Assembly: GCA_001275005.1 (NCBI GenBank)
Contig: JWZX01003371.1
Span: 1 to 41,431, forward strand
Direction: 5' to 3'
DNA length: 41,431 nt
Source of the DNA: Chrysochromulina tobinii
Taxonomy: Eukaryota
The notes under the pieces are model-generated. The model had not been told where the DNA came from. It was given only the letters and a program-made list of their open reading frames with translations, and ran no database searches. The position numbers and the translations under genes are program-made. Shown here piece after piece: positions 39,659 through 41,431 of this stretch (within the stretch, counting starts at the first letter, position 1; each line of letters begins with the position of its first letter).

Positions 39659-41431
39659 ATGGATTCGCTCCCCGAGGCGCATGGGGACCGCTTCGTCGTG
39701 CCAGACGCGATCACACTGGAGCAGCTGGAGGATACTAAGCGCGGAGTGTGCGCGCTACTTCCGTATGGCGTCAAGTACGAAAATTGGTACCCCCCCATTG
39801 TTCTGTCGTATGCATCGGGTCGCCGTACCAATCGCAAAGGCGTTGCAGACGACTGCGACGGCTCCGGGCCCGGGGTGATGTATGCCAAGGGGCTGATGGA
39901 GTTCCTCCACGAGCGCGGCCTGCAGTGCTTCTCCGGGCTGCAAGTGCCCCCGGGCGTGGACTGGGAGACCTTTATGCTGCGCCTGACTGGCGAGAATGGG
40001 AAGCGTGAGAAGCCCAAGGTGCTCATCATCATCCTCACCGCGGGATTGTACCAATCCAAGCCGTGCCTGAAAGAGATTGACACGGCGATCAAGCACGAGG
40101 TCGAACTGCTGCCTGTGCGCTTTGAGGACAAGCTGCCAGGCAAGATCGATCAATGGACGAATCTCAAGGGCCAGGAGTGGGAGATGCGGAAATTTCGAGT
40201 GCAGGAGAAGCTCAACGCGCTCAATAACATCCCCAACCCCGGCACGGTGCTCAACAGAGCCAATTCTCTGCAAGACATCGTGGCGGCGATCGAGAAACAT
40301 CTTCCGGCACCGGCGAGCCCTGCCACGAGCACGCCCACGCCGCAGCCGCCTCTGCCCAAACCCCCCGGTGGGCCGTCAGAGGGGCCGCGCTTCCCCGTCG
40401 GCAGCCGCGTGTACGTGGATCAAGGCCACGGACAAGAGAGTCTCAGCTATGTGGCGACGCACAATGCAGCGAAGAGTGCGTACGATCAAGGTCACAGAGC
40501 AGAGACGAGGGAAGCCATCCGCGCAGAGATGAGGGAAGCCATCCGCGCAGAGATGAGGGAAGCCATCCGCGCAGAGATGAGGGAAGCCATCCGCGAAGAG
40601 ACGGCGGCAAAATCCCTCGCGGAGATGGGAGAAGACAGCGCGAAGAGATGGGAGAAGACATACCGCGCAGAAATGGCGGCCAGGAAGACTGCCAAGGTGG
40701 AGGCGGAGGCGGAGGAGATCGAGGAGGCCGAGTCGGCGGCCATGAACGCGGGCGAGGCGGTGCAGATGGCGAAGGAGAATCTCAAGAAGGCGGAGGATCG
40801 GTTTCGGAAGGCGGAGGAGGAGCGCAAGCGGCGTGAGGAGGCGGCGAAGCGCCGTCGCGAGGAGGAGGAGCGACGGAAGACGGAGGAGGAGCGCCGGCGG
40901 CGCGAAGAGGAGGAGAAGAGCCTCCAAGCGGAGCGCGCCGCCCAGGAGGCGGCTGAGAAGATGGCGACCAAGAAGGCGGCCGAGGCTGAGGCGGAGGCGA
41001 TCAAGCAGGCCGAGTTGGCGGCCCGGAACTCGGGTGAGGGCGCGGCGGCGGTGCAGAAGGCGAAGGAGAAGGCTGCCCAGCAGGCCAAGAAGGATGCGGC
41101 GGAGGAGGCGGTCAAGTTCAGAAAGGAGGCATCGACTGTCATCGAGGACGCCAAGGCAAAGAAGAAGGCCGAGGCCGAGGAGGCCGCGAAGACGCTCTCC
41201 GACGTCGAGTCGATGATCAATGCGCTCGAGAACGACGCCGACCTCGAGCAGGCCGTCGAGGCAGCAGGTGGCGTCAAGAGCCTCATCGACATGGCCGTGA
41301 AGCACTCGGACTCGGCGCTCGTGCAGGCACAGTTTGCGGGCGTGCTGCGCGACTTGTGCATCTCGGACGACATTGCAATCGAGATTGCAAACGCGGGCGG
41401 CACCGATGCTCTGATCGAGGCGGCGCGCATT
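39659..41431 (+). CDS. TIR-domain, coiled-coil and armadillo-repeat protein (3' end beyond window; absent from the ORF track)
   Basis: gccATGG at 39659 opens a stop-free frame to the window end (591 codons). TIR-like segment IVLSYASG...CFSGLQVPPGVDW...KVLIIILTAGLYQSKPCLKEIDTA...LLPVRFE. Then a Pro linker, RFPVGSRVYVD, long E/A/K/R coiled coil, and ARM-like AVEAAGGVKSLIDMAVKH..S..VQAQFAGVLRDLC...IANAGGTDALI. Confidence 0.85.
   Translation, partial: MDSLPEAHGDRFVVPDAITLEQLEDTKRGVCALLPYGVKYENWYPPIVLSYASGRRTNRKGVADDCDGSGPGVMYAKGLMEFLHERGLQCFSGLQVPPGVDWETFMLRLTGENGKREKPKVLIIILTAGLYQSKPCLKEIDTAIKHEVELLPVRFEDKLPGKIDQWTNLKGQEWEMRKFRVQEKLNALNNIPNPGTVLNRANSLQDIVAAIEKHLPAPASPATSTPTPQPPLPKPPGGPSEGPRFPVGSRVYVDQGHGQESLSYVATHNAAKSAYDQGHRAETREAIRAEMREAIRAEMREAIRAEMREAIREETAAKSLAEMGEDSAKRWEKTYRAEMAARKTAKVEAEAEEIEEAESAAMNAGEAVQMAKENLKKAEDRFRKAEEERKRREEAAKRRREEEERRKTEEERRRREEEEKSLQAERAAQEAAEKMATKKAAEAEAEAIKQAELAARNSGEGAAAVQKAKEKAAQQAKKDAAEEAVKFRKEASTVIEDAKAKKKAEAEEAAKTLSDVESMINALENDADLEQAVEAAGGVKSLIDMAVKHSDSALVQAQFAGVLRDLCISDDIAIEIANAGGTDALIEAARI
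40507..40594 (+). repeat. Coding 24-bp tandem repeat (REAIRAEM)
   Basis: GAGGGAAGCCATCCGCGCAGAGAT repeated about 3.5 times in frame. Confidence 0.85.

Noticed and set aside
40376..41430. Long minus-strand ORFs (309 and 312 aa) at the window end
   Set aside because: Antisense shadows of the plus-strand TIR-coiled-coil-ARM frame, which has the Kozak start and recognisable domains.
1..41431. Prokaryotic operon/defence island, tRNA or rRNA genes
   Set aside because: Spliceosomal introns and eukaryotic gene families show a nuclear locus; no tRNA or rRNA signatures seen.

Overview
GC-rich, gene-dense eukaryotic nuclear DNA. Short GT-AG introns, some filled with 10-11 bp tandem repeats, plus the gene content point to a haptophyte alga (Chrysochromulina/Emiliania/Prymnesium-like); the taxon is an inference. 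About 19 protein-coding genes. Housekeeping or organellar: mitochondrial aspartate aminotransferase, two head-to-head METTL21-type methyltransferases, a 37-aa-repeat/RAP RNA-binding protein, a DUF1295 protein, SCOT, a MORN protein, a GT-A glycosyltransferase, a frameshifted sulfatase, an EF-hand/HEAT protein, a class I methyltransferase, mitochondrial-type uS17, a FAM120/asteroid-like PIN protein, a 5-exon multipass membrane protein and a pepsin-family protease. The most interesting content is a set of immunity/conflict-type genes. (i) A putatively myristoylated HET(TIR-like)-LRR receptor with hypervariable LRR faces (17372-19384). (ii) Next to it, across a decayed copia-like integrase relic, a putatively dually acylated R-S-E ADP-ribosyltransferase multidomain protein (20906-24034). 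(iii) A TIR-coiled-coil-armadillo protein (39659 to beyond the window end) that the ORF track missed. (iv) A candidate F-box/NuiA-like nuclease-inhibitor fusion (7347-8267). Several isolated +1 insertions suggest local assembly errors. All domain calls are by eye from motifs; no searches were run.
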